Part shown: piece after piece, positions 28,415-37,721 of the stretch
How positions within the stretch are numbered: position 1 is the first letter of the stretch
How the letters are laid out: the number at the start of each line of letters is the position of its first letter
IMG/VR virus record: IMGVR_UViG_2708743157_000002
Span: 3,166-67,165 of that record
Length of the DNA stretch: 64,000 nt
Reading direction: 5' to 3' (one strand)
Origin: a virus
Lineage: Duplodnaviria; Caudoviricetes
Program-made: the position numbers and the translations under genes
The notes under the pieces: model-generated
Seen by the model: only the letters and a program-made list of their open reading frames with translations
Told to the model about the DNA's origin: nothing
The model's database searches: none

Positions 28415-28544
28415 TGAACGAAATGAGCCGTTTCGAGCTTTCGGATACCTATCGTACCTGAACGCGTCTGAAGCGTCTCTCTCGTTGTAATTTCGTGGTA
28501 TAATCGTTCTATACAACGATGCAGGACACGGAGGTACAGCGAAA

Positions 28545-28724
28545 ATGGAGGAAAAATACGAGACTAACGGCATTGATACGTCGATCACTTACGAATACAA
28601 GGAATTTCCGGACAAGCGCGCAGGACGGTGTGATAACTGCGACTATACGCTGTTCAAAAGTTCGGTGAAGAGCGGGAAGTTTTTGCGCGAATGTAGAAGA
28701 TGCGGAATGAAAAAGAATATATAA
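28545..28724 (+). CDS. Small zinc-finger protein (59 aa, GRCDNC..FKSSVK.G...RECRRCGMKK)
   Basis: Manually translated; RBS ggagg; extended -10 TGGTATAAT upstream. Confidence 0.75.
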   Translation: MEEKYETNGIDTSITYEYKEFPDKRAGRCDNCDYTLFKSSVKSGKFLRECRRCGMKKNI

Positions 28725-28738
28725 AAGAGGTGTATCGT

Positions 28739-29095
28739 TTGGACTTATTACAAGAAATCATTCAATTTCGAGAAAGAGAGCAATCGGTTAACAAAACGGC
28801 GTATGAGCAAGACGGCGGAAGAAATCCAGGAGCGATTATCGCATATAAACCTATTGGAGATTCGAGACACCGTTTTCTAGGAATCAATCTTCACGGATGG
28901 AACATTTCCGTGGAAGAAGAAGAAAAAAGTGTAACTGCGACTGGTGAGGTTACCGAAAGACGTAAGGTTATTGAGAGAAGAAAATTAACTGACGAGGATG
29001 TTGTCAATCTTATTAACAGCCACGATTTCACCCTACAAGAAATGAATAGATTATTAAATAGATTTAAAGCTTCCGGTATATTTAAAGAAAATTAA
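28739..29095 (+). CDS. Hypothetical protein
   Basis: Start refined to TTG after RBS agaggtg. Confidence 0.6.
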   Translation: MDLLQEIIQFREREQSVNKTAYEQDGGRNPGAIIAYKPIGDSRHRFLGINLHGWNISVEEEEKSVTATGEVTERRKVIERRKLTDEDVVNLINSHDFTLQEMNRLLNRFKASGIFKEN

Positions 29096-29188
29096 TTAAC
29101 CATACATTACCAACGACAAATCACTTCGCTCCAGCCGACTCTTACTATATCATTATAGTATTACGAAGCTGAAACGAGGTGATTTTTT

Positions 29189-29998
29189 TTGTTTATTTCG
29201 CCAATGCTATTAGAGTCCGCAAAAGACCCTTTCGACTCTGACGACTACATTACGGAAATCAAATTCGACGGCATCCGTCTGATCGCGTCCAAAACCAACG
29301 GACAAATACGCCTCTACACGCGCCACAACAACGAAGTCACCGCTAAATTCCCCGAACTCCACACGCTACAGATCCCGGACGGCACCGTACTCGATGGCGA
29401 GCTTATCGTGCCCGGACCGACAGGCGCCGGAGACTTCGAAGCTATGATGGAGCGATTCCAGTCGCGAAGAAGTTATCATCCGATAGTTTTCTGTGTGTTC
29501 GATATATTGCGGCTCGACGGCGTATCGGTCACGTCGAAACCGTTATATGAGCGGAAGGAATTATTAAAAGGGCTTGCCCTCGATCATCCAAACGTTAAGA
29601 TTGTCGATAGTGTTACCGGTAATGGCCGCGCTGTTTTCGAATTAGCGAAAAGCTCCGGCATTGAAGGCGTCGTTATGAAGCGCGCTAATTCATCCTACGC
29701 GGAAAATAAACGGTCAGATCGATGGCTGAAGATCGTCAACTACGAATACACTGACGTTTGGATTACGGGATATCGGAAAGAAGATAATGCGCTTGTTTTA
29801 GCGTATGAAGACGGTGGTTACGCGGGCCTGATGGAGTTTATACCGCACGCTGAACGGCGGAGATTTCATTCGGAGCGGGTAGACGTAGGAGAAACGGATA
29901 AATACGTGAATATAGAGCCGCTGAAGTGTCGCGTTAAGCATCGATTTAAGACGCGCAAAGGACTACTGCGTATACCTTCGTTTGATTCGTGGATATAA
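29189..29998 (+). CDS. ATP-dependent DNA ligase (SPbeta LigB-like)
   Basis: FISPMLL, EIKFDGIR (motif I), LDGEL, VFDIL, EGVVMK, RSDRWLK. Confidence 0.93.
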   Translation: MFISPMLLESAKDPFDSDDYITEIKFDGIRLIASKTNGQIRLYTRHNNEVTAKFPELHTLQIPDGTVLDGELIVPGPTGAGDFEAMMERFQSRRSYHPIVFCVFDILRLDGVSVTSKPLYERKELLKGLALDHPNVKIVDSVTGNGRAVFELAKSSGIEGVVMKRANSSYAENKRSDRWLKIVNYEYTDVWITGYRKEDNALVLAYEDGGYAGLMEFIPHAERRRFHSERVDVGETDKYVNIEPLKCRVKHRFKTRKGLLRIPSFDSWI

Positions 29999-30002
29999 AC
30001 GC

Positions 30003-30037
30003 AAAAATAAAGACGCCCGTATAAGGCGTCCTTTTTC
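30003..30037. terminator. Bidirectional terminator
   Basis: aaaaataaa-gacgcc-cgtataa-ggcgtc-cttttt between convergent genes. Confidence 0.7.
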
Positions 30038-30140
30038 GTTTTATGCTCCGCGTGACGGGCTCGCGCCTCTACTCGCGCTTTCTAACGGACTAGCTCCCGG
30101 TCTTATTTCGCCCATTCGTCTCACCTCCGATATAGTAAAA

Positions 30141-30941
30141 TTATACCTTTTTGACGTTGAACAGCGCAATTAGCGTTTTGTCCGGCGTCTTGGATTGTCG
30201 ATAGAATACGTTAGGATTAAACGTATAGCGCTCCGGCTCGCTGCCGACTTTAATGCGCGCGACAACGTACTCACCGTCGAATTTCATTTGCTTCAGGCGC
30301 CGGCCAAGTGTATCCGAAGTAACACCGATCGCCGCCGCAAGCTCCTTCTTATTGAACCAACGGATGCGCTTCGGATTCTTTTCGAAAGGGTTTTCGCATA
30401 AAGCGTTTGTTTCGAAGTGAATAAACGGCAGCATTCGATAGATCAGTCCGATGTCAGTCGCCTTCACTTCGCTGTACACACGTTTAATCTTCGCGCTGTA
30501 AAGCTTGACGACGTACTGGCTACCGAAATTACCTTTGAAGTGATAGCGCTCATTTACGCTGTAGCGGCCGCCTTCTTCTCGGATAATGTCGTGCTCGGTA
30601 CATGCGGAAAGGAAGTCGTAAAAGGTCATCCGTTTTTTACCGAGCTGCAAAACGTCCATCATGTCCGCAGTGGTCATCGGCATTTTATTGCGGCTGGATT
30701 TTATAAGGACCCCGTTATAATCGACGTAGCACTGAAGCAGCATCAGATAGCCGCACTGTGCCGTTGTAAGAGCGTCATATACTTCGTGAATATTAGACAT
30801 ATTGGCGTTTGAGAAATCGCGCCGATCGGCCGTTTTTTCTTGTTGCTGACGAAAGGCGGCGTCTTGGTTTCGGTGCCGCAGTGTGTACATTTCCGACCAA
30901 TCTTCGCCCGTCTCCGTATTGATAACTCGTAATCTCTTCAT
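30141..30941 (-). CDS. RepL-like / HTH DNA-binding protein
   Basis: V.NTETGE N-terminus, N.LCENP.E, KELAAAIGV HTH, FNPNVFY. Confidence 0.65.
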   Translation of the reverse strand: MKRLRVINTETGEDWSEMYTLRHRNQDAAFRQQQEKTADRRDFSNANMSNIHEVYDALTTAQCGYLMLLQCYVDYNGVLIKSSRNKMPMTTADMMDVLQLGKKRMTFYDFLSACTEHDIIREEGGRYSVNERYHFKGNFGSQYVVKLYSAKIKRVYSEVKATDIGLIYRMLPFIHFETNALCENPFEKNPKRIRWFNKKELAAAIGVTSDTLGRRLKQMKFDGEYVVARIKVGSEPERYTFNPNVFYRQSKTPDKTLIALFNVKKV

Positions 30942-31028
30942 TGTATCGTCCCCTTTTTCGCAAAATAAAAGAGCGCTGAATGGGCGCCCTCATAACGTAT
31001 AGACAACTAACGCGGTAAATTATGGGTA

Positions 31029-31517
31029 TTAGTGATAAACTTTTTCGCCGGTTGCGATATTTACGGTGAACTGACCGTCTGACCTTCCGTTAACGAACGC
31101 CGAATATCGTTCTCTGCGCTCTGCATTCCGTGCCTTGGCGCGTCTGTCCAGTAATTTATTTTCATAGGAAGAACGGGGCCTGCGGATCGGCCGGCCTTTA
31201 TAAGATCCGGTTTGGTCGTATTCCTCCGCCAATTTATCCGAAGCCTCTCGTTTATATCGCTCTTCGAACTGGGTTTCGCTCATGATCGGATACTCTTCGC
31301 GTGTCACCTTGTCCGGATGAGAGTCGGAAAGTTCCTCGTAGAGTACGATATTGGCCATTCGCTCAAGCGCTGATGGCTCCGGATGCTCTCCAGTAGAGTC
31401 GTAATAAGCGTCTGACAGGGCCGTTATTGCCTCAATTCGCTCCTGCCGAGACATCTTACCGGCCTTAGTTCGTGCGTACATTTCCGTAATCGTTTCGTCC
31501 AAAATCGTTTTATCCAT
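31029..31517 (-). CDS. Conserved phage protein
   Basis: LERMANIVLYEELSDSHPDKVTREEYPIMSETQ motif; start refined to MDKTIL. Confidence 0.7.
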   Translation of the reverse strand: MDKTILDETITEMYARTKAGKMSRQERIEAITALSDAYYDSTGEHPEPSALERMANIVLYEELSDSHPDKVTREEYPIMSETQFEERYKREASDKLAEEYDQTGSYKGRPIRRPRSSYENKLLDRRAKARNAERRERYSAFVNGRSDGQFTVNIATGEKVYH

Positions 31518-31900
31518 CAATCCGTCCCCCTTGTCGTATATCCTTCGCCGTGACCGTCCCAATAGTAATAAATGTCCGCAAGGCTTTCGGATGCGCGATT
31601 AAGTAAGTGGCTTACTGCATCTTTCGCAATCCCCATCCGTTCGCCTGCCTCAGCTTGCGTTAATTCTCCGAAGTAAACGAGCTCGATCGCCTGCCGTTGC
31701 CGATCCGTTAAGCCGGCGAGCTCAATCGCCTTGTGAATGTCGATGAGCACTTCCACGGCCGCATAGTCGCCGCATCGCTTCCGGCTGACGAACTTCTGGT
31801 AATCGGCGAGCAGCAACTTAACACCCTCCGCGTTATCTAGCGCATAGGCTGCGTGGAATTCGCGATCCTTTCGGTGTAGATCGACTTTGACCGTTCCCAT
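31517..31900 (-). CDS. Sigma70 region-4 HTH protein, probable late transcription activator
   Basis: LTDRQRQAIELVYFGELTQAEAGERMGI. Confidence 0.8.
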   Translation of the reverse strand: MGTVKVDLHRKDREFHAAYALDNAEGVKLLLADYQKFVSRKRCGDYAAVEVLIDIHKAIELAGLTDRQRQAIELVYFGELTQAEAGERMGIAKDAVSHLLNRASESLADIYYYWDGHGEGYTTRGTD

Positions 31901-31933
31901 ACGTAAAACCTCCTCCGCGCTCTAGTAATCGCG

Positions 31934-33157
31934 CTATCTATCGAAATAATTGCGAACGATTTCTTCCTGCCAATCGAAATCAAGCGAGCTCACCATACGT
32001 CTATTCCATTCGATCTCGTCACCAGCGCCTAACGTTAGCTCATTCCAGCGATAAGGACCTTCCGGAAAAGTGGCTTCTGCGTCTCTTAAGCCGTCACACT
32101 GCCCGTTGCCATGCGAGAAGAAGAATGCCTCGTTTCCTTTATCGATTCCGTGCCAGCTCGGTAAATGCGGGTATAGATTTTCGCGCATAAGGTTATCGTC
32201 AGTAAAATCGTCAACAAGTTCGTCAAGTTGCGTCAGACCATCACCCGACGCATCTGTTGACTTTCCTTTCGCATCCCATCCAATATCTGTTACTTGTGCG
32301 AAATAAGCAGGCGGCTGACCTTCGAGAAATTTTGCGTTATATTCCGTAATGTCGGTGTCTCCGCCTCGTTTAAAATTAGAGCGCCACTTCGTAGTTGCCG
32401 GCGGTATTAACTCCGTTCTAGGCGGTGCTTTCCGCAGTATTAATATCTGCGTAGAAATCGTAGTACCTACGTGTTGGAACGTTTCTCCCGGAAGTAAAAT
32501 AGTCGCGACCTGCCAGCACGTTTCGTGCATGAGCTTTCGAAGCTTGGATGCATAGTTAGCGAAGGATATGCCTAACGGAAGCACTAACGCAATGTAACCG
32601 CCGGGCTTAACTGCTTTGATTGCGAGTTCGATAAAAGCGACCTCCGACTTGCCTCCGTATTCTCCCTTCTTTTTAGTAATTGACCGCCATTCCTCGTCTT
32701 CTTGTTGCTCGAACTTAACGTTCACTCCGTATGGCGGGTTGCCGATTACTAGATCGTAATAATCTCGGCGGCCGTGTACTAGCGCGTTCCCTTCGATAAT
32801 CTCAGCGTCTGGATATAACAGCGATGTTACTTTTGCACTTGTTTTATCGAGTTCTAACGCTGTTATTTCTGCGTCGGTCGGAGCATGTTCGAGAAAGACG
32901 CCGGCACCAACGGAAGGCTCCAGAACCTTTGGAGTCTCAGGCATCTGCGGCTTTAATACATCCCATACGAACTTTGCAATGTGAGTAGGCGTGAAAAAGG
33001 CCCCACCGCTAAAGGCATTCGGTAGTAACCCGCCTGCCGACGTATAATTTTGCCGTAAGAATTCGATATCTTCTTCGGTTATTTGGTCGCGATCCTTCGC
33101 GATGATTTCCATGGATTTAACGTTGCCTTCCCATCGTTTGCGATCGGCTTTCCCTAT
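31934..33157 (-). CDS. N6-adenine DNA methyltransferase (orphan)
   Basis: FFTP, VLEPSVGAGVF (motif I), IGNPPYG (motif IV); first ATG at 33112 but the RBS points to an in-frame ATA at 33157. Confidence 0.88.
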   Translation of the reverse strand: MGKADRKRWEGNVKSMEIIAKDRDQITEEDIEFLRQNYTSAGGLLPNAFSGGAFFTPTHIAKFVWDVLKPQMPETPKVLEPSVGAGVFLEHAPTDAEITALELDKTSAKVTSLLYPDAEIIEGNALVHGRRDYYDLVIGNPPYGVNVKFEQQEDEEWRSITKKKGEYGGKSEVAFIELAIKAVKPGGYIALVLPLGISFANYASKLRKLMHETCWQVATILLPGETFQHVGTTISTQILILRKAPPRTELIPPATTKWRSNFKRGGDTDITEYNAKFLEGQPPAYFAQVTDIGWDAKGKSTDASGDGLTQLDELVDDFTDDNLMRENLYPHLPSWHGIDKGNEAFFFSHGNGQCDGLRDAEATFPEGPYRWNELTLGAGDEIEWNRRMVSSLDFDWQEEIVRNYFDR

Positions 33158-33176
33158 AACAATCGTCCCCTTTCGT

Positions 33177-33205
33177 TTGACTTTCGTCCCAAAAGCGAAT
33201 ATAAT
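33177..33205 (+). promoter_or_regulatory. SigA promoter
   Basis: TTGACT-17-TATAAT. Confidence 0.75.
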
Positions 33206-33227
33206 TTCCGTATAATGTATAATCGAG

Positions 33228-33620
33228 GTGAATTGCGTGGTTATTAACTGGATTTCAGCGCAAAGTAATGACGCTTACATAACGCTTGATAAACAGCGAA
33301 GAATATACGTTTCGTCCGGCGCACGTAAGATCATCGGTCTGCCCGATAAAGCACCGTTTTACCTGACGATCGGCTACGATGATGAAGCGAATCGGCTCGT
33401 TTGCGCAAAGCCCGAAAGCGTAAAGGCTGATGCGACTCCGTTCAAATTCGATAAGCGCTCGTATAATAAAGCCGCAAGCAAAGTAATTAAGGCGGCCGGC
33501 TTTAAAGACGAGGACCTTCCGCTACGTTTTCAGATGATTGGCGAAGGAGAAGCCGCGAAGCAGCCGTATATGGCGTACCCTTCCGGCGTTTATGCTTTCG
33601 ACTTAAGCTCGGCCAAGTAA
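33228..33620 (+). CDS. Counter-oriented hypothetical protein, AbrB/MraZ-like N-terminus
   Basis: ITLDKQRRIYV resembles a swapped-hairpin motif; has its own promoter. Confidence 0.6.
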   Translation: MNCVVINWISAQSNDAYITLDKQRRIYVSSGARKIIGLPDKAPFYLTIGYDDEANRLVCAKPESVKADATPFKFDKRSYNKAASKVIKAAGFKDEDLPLRFQMIGEGEAAKQPYMAYPSGVYAFDLSSAK

Positions 33621-34178
33621 CTCGGCAGCCAGCGCATCCAATTTCGCGTAAAGCTGCTCGTACGTTCCATCGTTCACGATTTCGTAATCAACAGCGAAAG
33701 TTTGCAGCGCTTTTTCAGTCGGATGATCGAGCGCTGCCAAATCGAAGTCGTCGCCGGCCTTTCGTGCGCGTTCGATACGTAGCTCCTCCGGCGCCGTGAT
33801 GCGTACGATTGTAAAACCTTCGGAGCGCAGCCGATCATATTCGTTCTGTTGCCGAACGTCTTCGACCAGTACGCGATTCTTTAGTGACGGAGATAAGCCG
33901 CAATCACATTCGCGAGCAAAGAGCGCCTGATATGCGTTGACCTTCGCCATACATGCGTCTATCCATACGTTTTCGCCGAGTATCTTCCGCACCGCCTGAC
34001 CGAATTCTTGATAATACGTGCGTGGCTTCGGCTTTTCTGGTACGGAAGGGAAAGCGCGATGGAAAGCCGCTTTTAATTCGTCGCTGAAGGCGAACGTTTG
34101 GAAATCGTAATACGTCGACAGATAGCCGGCGGCCTGCGACTTGCCTGCGCGTAATGGCGCTGTTAGGGCGAGCTTCAT
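33603..34178 (-). CDS. Deoxynucleoside monophosphate kinase
   Basis: LALTAPLRAGKS P-loop, AFSDELK, Q.FG..VR....NVW, VEDVR..NE; start refined. Confidence 0.85.
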   Translation of the reverse strand: MKLALTAPLRAGKSQAAGYLSTYYDFQTFAFSDELKAAFHRAFPSVPEKPKPRTYYQEFGQAVRKILGENVWIDACMAKVNAYQALFARECDCGLSPSLKNRVLVEDVRQQNEYDRLRSEGFTIVRITAPEELRIERARKAGDDFDLAALDHPTEKALQTFAVDYEIVNDGTYEQLYAKLDALAAELLGRA

Positions 34179-34966
34179 AGGCCGGCCCTCCTTAGCGCCA
34201 CAAATGCTTCCGCCATTGCCTTCGCGCTTGATTCCGTTTCCTTTCCGACTTCTAAGGCCAACCGCGCCAACTCTTCGCCGAGCGTCCGATTGTCTTTGTG
34301 GAGCGTGTCGATTTCGCAATTATGACGACCATTTATGCGCTCATGACGTTCCACAACCGTTTCTAGCTCGCTCACCTTACGCTTCAGTTCCGCAACCTCT
34401 TGCGCTAAACTGGCGATAACGTCGATTGGATCGGCTGGCTGTGGTTCGTCGGCTTCGGCTTTGACCGGGACGAGTACGCGATAATATCCGTGGGAGATTC
34501 CGCAAACATGTTCTCCATCTGGTCCTTCGTACTCAACGACATCAATCGTACTAGATCCTACATCGGTAACTTCGGTTACTACTCCGTCAGATTCACCGCA
34601 GTCTTTATTAACATATACAACCTTCTCGCCTACTTCCGCCTTGCGATCGGTTAATTCGTAGCGCTCGCCGTCAATGTGAACGATGTCGGTCGGTTCGACT
34701 ACGCGGTATTCTTCGCGAAGGATGAATCCGGTGAGATTGTTAACGCTTCTAGCTTCGTTACTTTCTACATGCTCAAGTCTCGGATGGAAATCGCGATCTA
34801 CCGTAAAAATAGCACCGTTTTCGTATTCGTCTTCGATACCATATTTATCTACAATGACGATCTTCTCGCCGACCTCCGCCTTACGATCAGCCTCTACGTA
34901 TTCCCGCTTGATGCCGCCAAGTGTTTCGTCAGCCAGTACGTGGATCTTTGCGTTAGTTTCCGTCAT
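34175..34966 (-). CDS. Phage protein with tandem RKAEVGE (SH3/KOW-like) repeats and a coiled coil
   Basis: Two DRKAEVGEK.V.V repeats. Confidence 0.7.
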   Translation of the reverse strand: MTETNAKIHVLADETLGGIKREYVEADRKAEVGEKIVIVDKYGIEDEYENGAIFTVDRDFHPRLEHVESNEARSVNNLTGFILREEYRVVEPTDIVHIDGERYELTDRKAEVGEKVVYVNKDCGESDGVVTEVTDVGSSTIDVVEYEGPDGEHVCGISHGYYRVLVPVKAEADEPQPADPIDVIASLAQEVAELKRKVSELETVVERHERINGRHNCEIDTLHKDNRTLGEELARLALEVGKETESSAKAMAEAFVALRRAGL

Positions 34967-35137
34967 TTATTCCGCCTCCCCGTTTTCGAATTCTACTACC
35001 ACATAATCGAGATGGCTTAGAGAGTCTCCGTACGGACCGACGTATTCAATCCGTTTCACATCCATGTTTAGTCCTCTCTTACGAATATAATCGGTTATCG
35101 CGTTCTGTACCTCCGCCTGACTTATCTTTAATTCCAT
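34967..35137 (-). CDS. Small hypothetical protein (56 aa)
   Basis: Manually translated MELKISQAEVQNAITDYIRKRG; RBS gggaggg. Confidence 0.55.
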   Translation of the reverse strand: MELKISQAEVQNAITDYIRKRGLNMDVKRIEYVGPYGDSLSHLDYVVVEFENGEAE

Positions 35138-35152
35138 CCGATCGCCCTCCCG

Positions 35153-35743
35153 TTAATTTATTACGCGAACCTTCACCGACTGCCGCCCGAACTGAACCGC
35201 GTCGGCTTCATTCGCAACTAATACGTCAATCTTGGCGCCCTTAATTGCGCCGCCCGTATCCTGCGCCACTGCTTCGAACGTCTTACCGTCTGCCTGCCGC
35301 ACTTCAACCGTCGATCCTAACGCAATCACTGACGGATCGACCGCGATAATACGTTTGCCTGCGTGATAGATCGTATGGCTGACGTCGAGGCCGGTCGCTG
35401 TGGTTCCGGTACATCCTTCTGCGCAATAAGCTGTATAGGCCGACGCTTCGAACGTTTGCCATCCGGAAGGCTCTTCGTGCTTATGCGGAGGCTTCTCGTG
35501 CTTTTCGTTAGCCCGCGCCTTAACTTCGTCTTTTACGGAAGCAAGTTCGGATTCGAGCGCTTTTATCTTCGTATCCTTGGCCGCCAGTTCAGCGTCCTTG
35601 CCTTCGATAAGGGCTTCCGCCTTTTGGAGCGCGGATTCCTCTTCGGTGATGCGAGGCGGGTCAGGCGGTGGTGGCGCCGGCGGCTTGGCGGTTGGATTCG
35701 TAAGTAAGTGCGTTGACACCGCTAGATTCGTTAATATACCGAT
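35153..35743 (-). CDS. 3D-domain (MltA-like lytic transglycosylase) protein
   Basis: ASAYT..C..GCTG.TATG, IAVDPSVI.LGS, A.DTGGAIKG.KIDV; the RBS points to an ATC start. Confidence 0.88.
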   Translation of the reverse strand: MGILTNLAVSTHLLTNPTAKPPAPPPPDPPRITEEESALQKAEALIEGKDAELAAKDTKIKALESELASVKDEVKARANEKHEKPPHKHEEPSGWQTFEASAYTAYCAEGCTGTTATGLDVSHTIYHAGKRIIAVDPSVIALGSTVEVRQADGKTFEAVAQDTGGAIKGAKIDVLVANEADAVQFGRQSVKVRVIN

Positions 35744-35745
35744 GC

Positions 35746-36528
35746 TTACACCTCCTCGAAAAACTGGTCCGTCCATGGTTCCACGGCGACCACTTCGCGT
35801 CTCAGCGCTTCGGCTAATTCGGTGATTTCCGCCTGCGCGCCGCGTCCCTTTTTACGCTTAGAATAAAACGATAGTAACGCAGTCAGATTCGCAGTCATTA
35901 CGAGATTCGTTGCGGCTGCGTTCGGTAGGAAGGCCCTCGCATCTTCTGCGGGCACTCCGGCCTCTCGCAATTTATCGTAGAATAGTTGCGATAGTTCCAT
36001 AGCCTCCGCGAATATATCCGTAGCCGGAAGGTCCTCTACGGGCATACCGTACTCAAAATCGTACATGTCCGCCTTTTTATCACTCGTAACTTTATCGGGA
36101 ACCACATAATCGAACCCACCGATCTTATCATCGCTCCCCATCCGCACATAACGTTGTGACTGGACGCTGAAGCTAAAGCCGACGCGATGGCGTGTAAGCT
36201 GCGCCAACAACGCCCGGCTGACGCCTTCGATCGCAAAGGTGAACGATATGTGCTCCAACGTCGACGTGTGTTTGGATGCGAAGATGTGCCGGAATAGCCG
36301 GTCGGCGTCCGTCCCTGCGCCGCCGTCTGACGCTTTGGAGCCGAAATACTTGGCGCCTTCCTTTGCGACGATTTCGGTCGGTTTGTTGGCGCTATAGCAC
36401 GTTCTGATCGCGGTGAGGGCGACCGCTTGGCCGTCCGTTTCATCACCGCACGGAACAAACGTATCCAAGAAGCTACGAGAGACTTGCGTATGTGCGATAA
36501 GCTGTACGTTCATTTTGGTTTCCGCCAT
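35746..36528 (-). CDS. thyX: FAD-dependent thymidylate synthase
   Basis: H.S.LEH, QLTRHR...SFSVQSQRY, EDAR.FLP, AQ.EI. Confidence 0.95.
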   Translation of the reverse strand: MAETKMNVQLIAHTQVSRSFLDTFVPCGDETDGQAVALTAIRTCYSANKPTEIVAKEGAKYFGSKASDGGAGTDADRLFRHIFASKHTSTLEHISFTFAIEGVSRALLAQLTRHRVGFSFSVQSQRYVRMGSDDKIGGFDYVVPDKVTSDKKADMYDFEYGMPVEDLPATDIFAEAMELSQLFYDKLREAGVPAEDARAFLPNAAATNLVMTANLTALLSFYSKRKKGRGAQAEITELAEALRREVVAVEPWTDQFFEEV

Positions 36529-36807
36529 TTATTCGTCCCCCACTACGTAATGTAACGGGTTATATCCGGACCATGTATCGCCTAAAACTGCGGATACTTT
36601 TGCGACTGTTTCCGGATCAAGATCGACTTTTTTGATATCACCTTCTTCGATTTCGCCGTAAACTTCGCTGTGCTTACCTAGTACCGCTCCGAAGTAGACT
36701 TCTTTTCCAATTAATTCAGCAACTTCCTCTTCGCTCGCAACAAAAAGCCCTCCTACTTCTCCGTAACCGAAGCCCCATCCGAATTTCCATAAGTATTTTT
36801 TGTTCAT
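36529..36807 (-). CDS. Hypothetical phage protein
   Basis: VYFG.VLGKHSEVYG, SGYNP motif. Confidence 0.7.
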   Translation of the reverse strand: MNKKYLWKFGWGFGYGEVGGLFVASEEEVAELIGKEVYFGAVLGKHSEVYGEIEEGDIKKVDLDPETVAKVSAVLGDTWSGYNPLHYVVGDE

Positions 36808-37031
36808 ATTGCACCATCCTCCAATCGTTTTAATGCTTCGCCGTTTTCGTTAATAGTTTCGTTAATCAATAATCTGCGAGCTTTCTCTTTCGTAGTTATC
36901 CGGAATGTACAGTCGTCTCTCCCATACATCTCGCAATAAACAACGTAATCGCGGAATAGGTCGTTCATATACTCGATGTCGCCGCATCCGTACAACTTAC
37001 CGTTCAGAAAGCACGCATATATTTGCGTCAT
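36804..37031 (-). CDS. Hypothetical phage protein
   Basis: ORF track; translationally coupled. Confidence 0.6.
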   Translation of the reverse strand: MTQIYACFLNGKLYGCGDIEYMNDLFRDYVVYCEMYGRDDCTFRITTKEKARRLLINETINENGEALKRLEDGAI

Positions 37032-37616
37032 CTAAGCGTCTTCCTTCGGCAAATCAAATGTTAGTCCGCTAGATTTTAAATGCGTTTCTTCCTCCTTCGT
37101 AGCAACCCCACTACTCCCGAAGCCACCCGCGCCTCGATCGCTATCGCCGAGCGTAATAACTTCCGTAAATACCACCTGCTCGACCGGCTTGATTACGGCT
37201 TGTGCGATACGATCGCCTTTTCGGATGATGTAGGAACCTTTCGCAAAATGATCCCAAGCTCCGAGGTATTCGAGAGCACTGACAATTTTATCTCTGATAT
37301 CGAAAAGAAAGTCCTTTTCAATATCTGTATAACGATTAACATTGTCGACGATTACTCCGACCTCTCCTCGATAGCCCGAATCAACTGTTCCGAGTTGCAC
37401 ACGCAGTCTAGTATTCAGCGTAATGCCCGAGCGCGGTCGGATCTGCATTTCGTATCCCTCCGGAATCTCGAACGCCAAGCCCGTCGGCACACACGCCGTC
37501 TCGCCCGGCTCGATAATAACGTCCTCTGCCGCCACTAAATCGAAGCCGGCGTCCGTTGCGTGCGCATAAGCCGGAATCTGTGCGTCCGGTGATAATCGTT
37601 TAATCTTTACGTTCAT
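37032..37616 (-). CDS. dut: Trimeric dUTPase with an insertion
   Basis: AGFDL, RPRSG, GTVDSGYRGE, GDRIAQ, RGAGGFGSSG. Confidence 0.95.
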   Translation of the reverse strand: MNVKIKRLSPDAQIPAYAHATDAGFDLVAAEDVIIEPGETACVPTGLAFEIPEGYEMQIRPRSGITLNTRLRVQLGTVDSGYRGEVGVIVDNVNRYTDIEKDFLFDIRDKIVSALEYLGAWDHFAKGSYIIRKGDRIAQAVIKPVEQVVFTEVITLGDSDRGAGGFGSSGVATKEEETHLKSSGLTFDLPKEDA

Positions 37617-37647
37617 TTCGTCTCCCCCTTCGGAATGCCCTCATATT

Positions 37648-37720
37648 TAACTGCGCATTAACTTCCGCCTTGGCACAACGTCTTCATAAATAACTGCGAA
37701 TCCACTCCGGAAATTGGACG
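37648..37720 (-). promoter_or_regulatory. Two tandem copies of a phage-specific 30-bp promoter-like motif
   Basis: TGTGCC...CGCAGTTA (37648..37677) and CGTCC...CGCAGTTA (37691..37720). Confidence 0.7.
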
Positions 37721-37721
37721 C

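Noticed and set aside
31934-33157. Restriction-modification system
   Set aside because: No adjacent restriction endonuclease; more likely an orphan protective methylase
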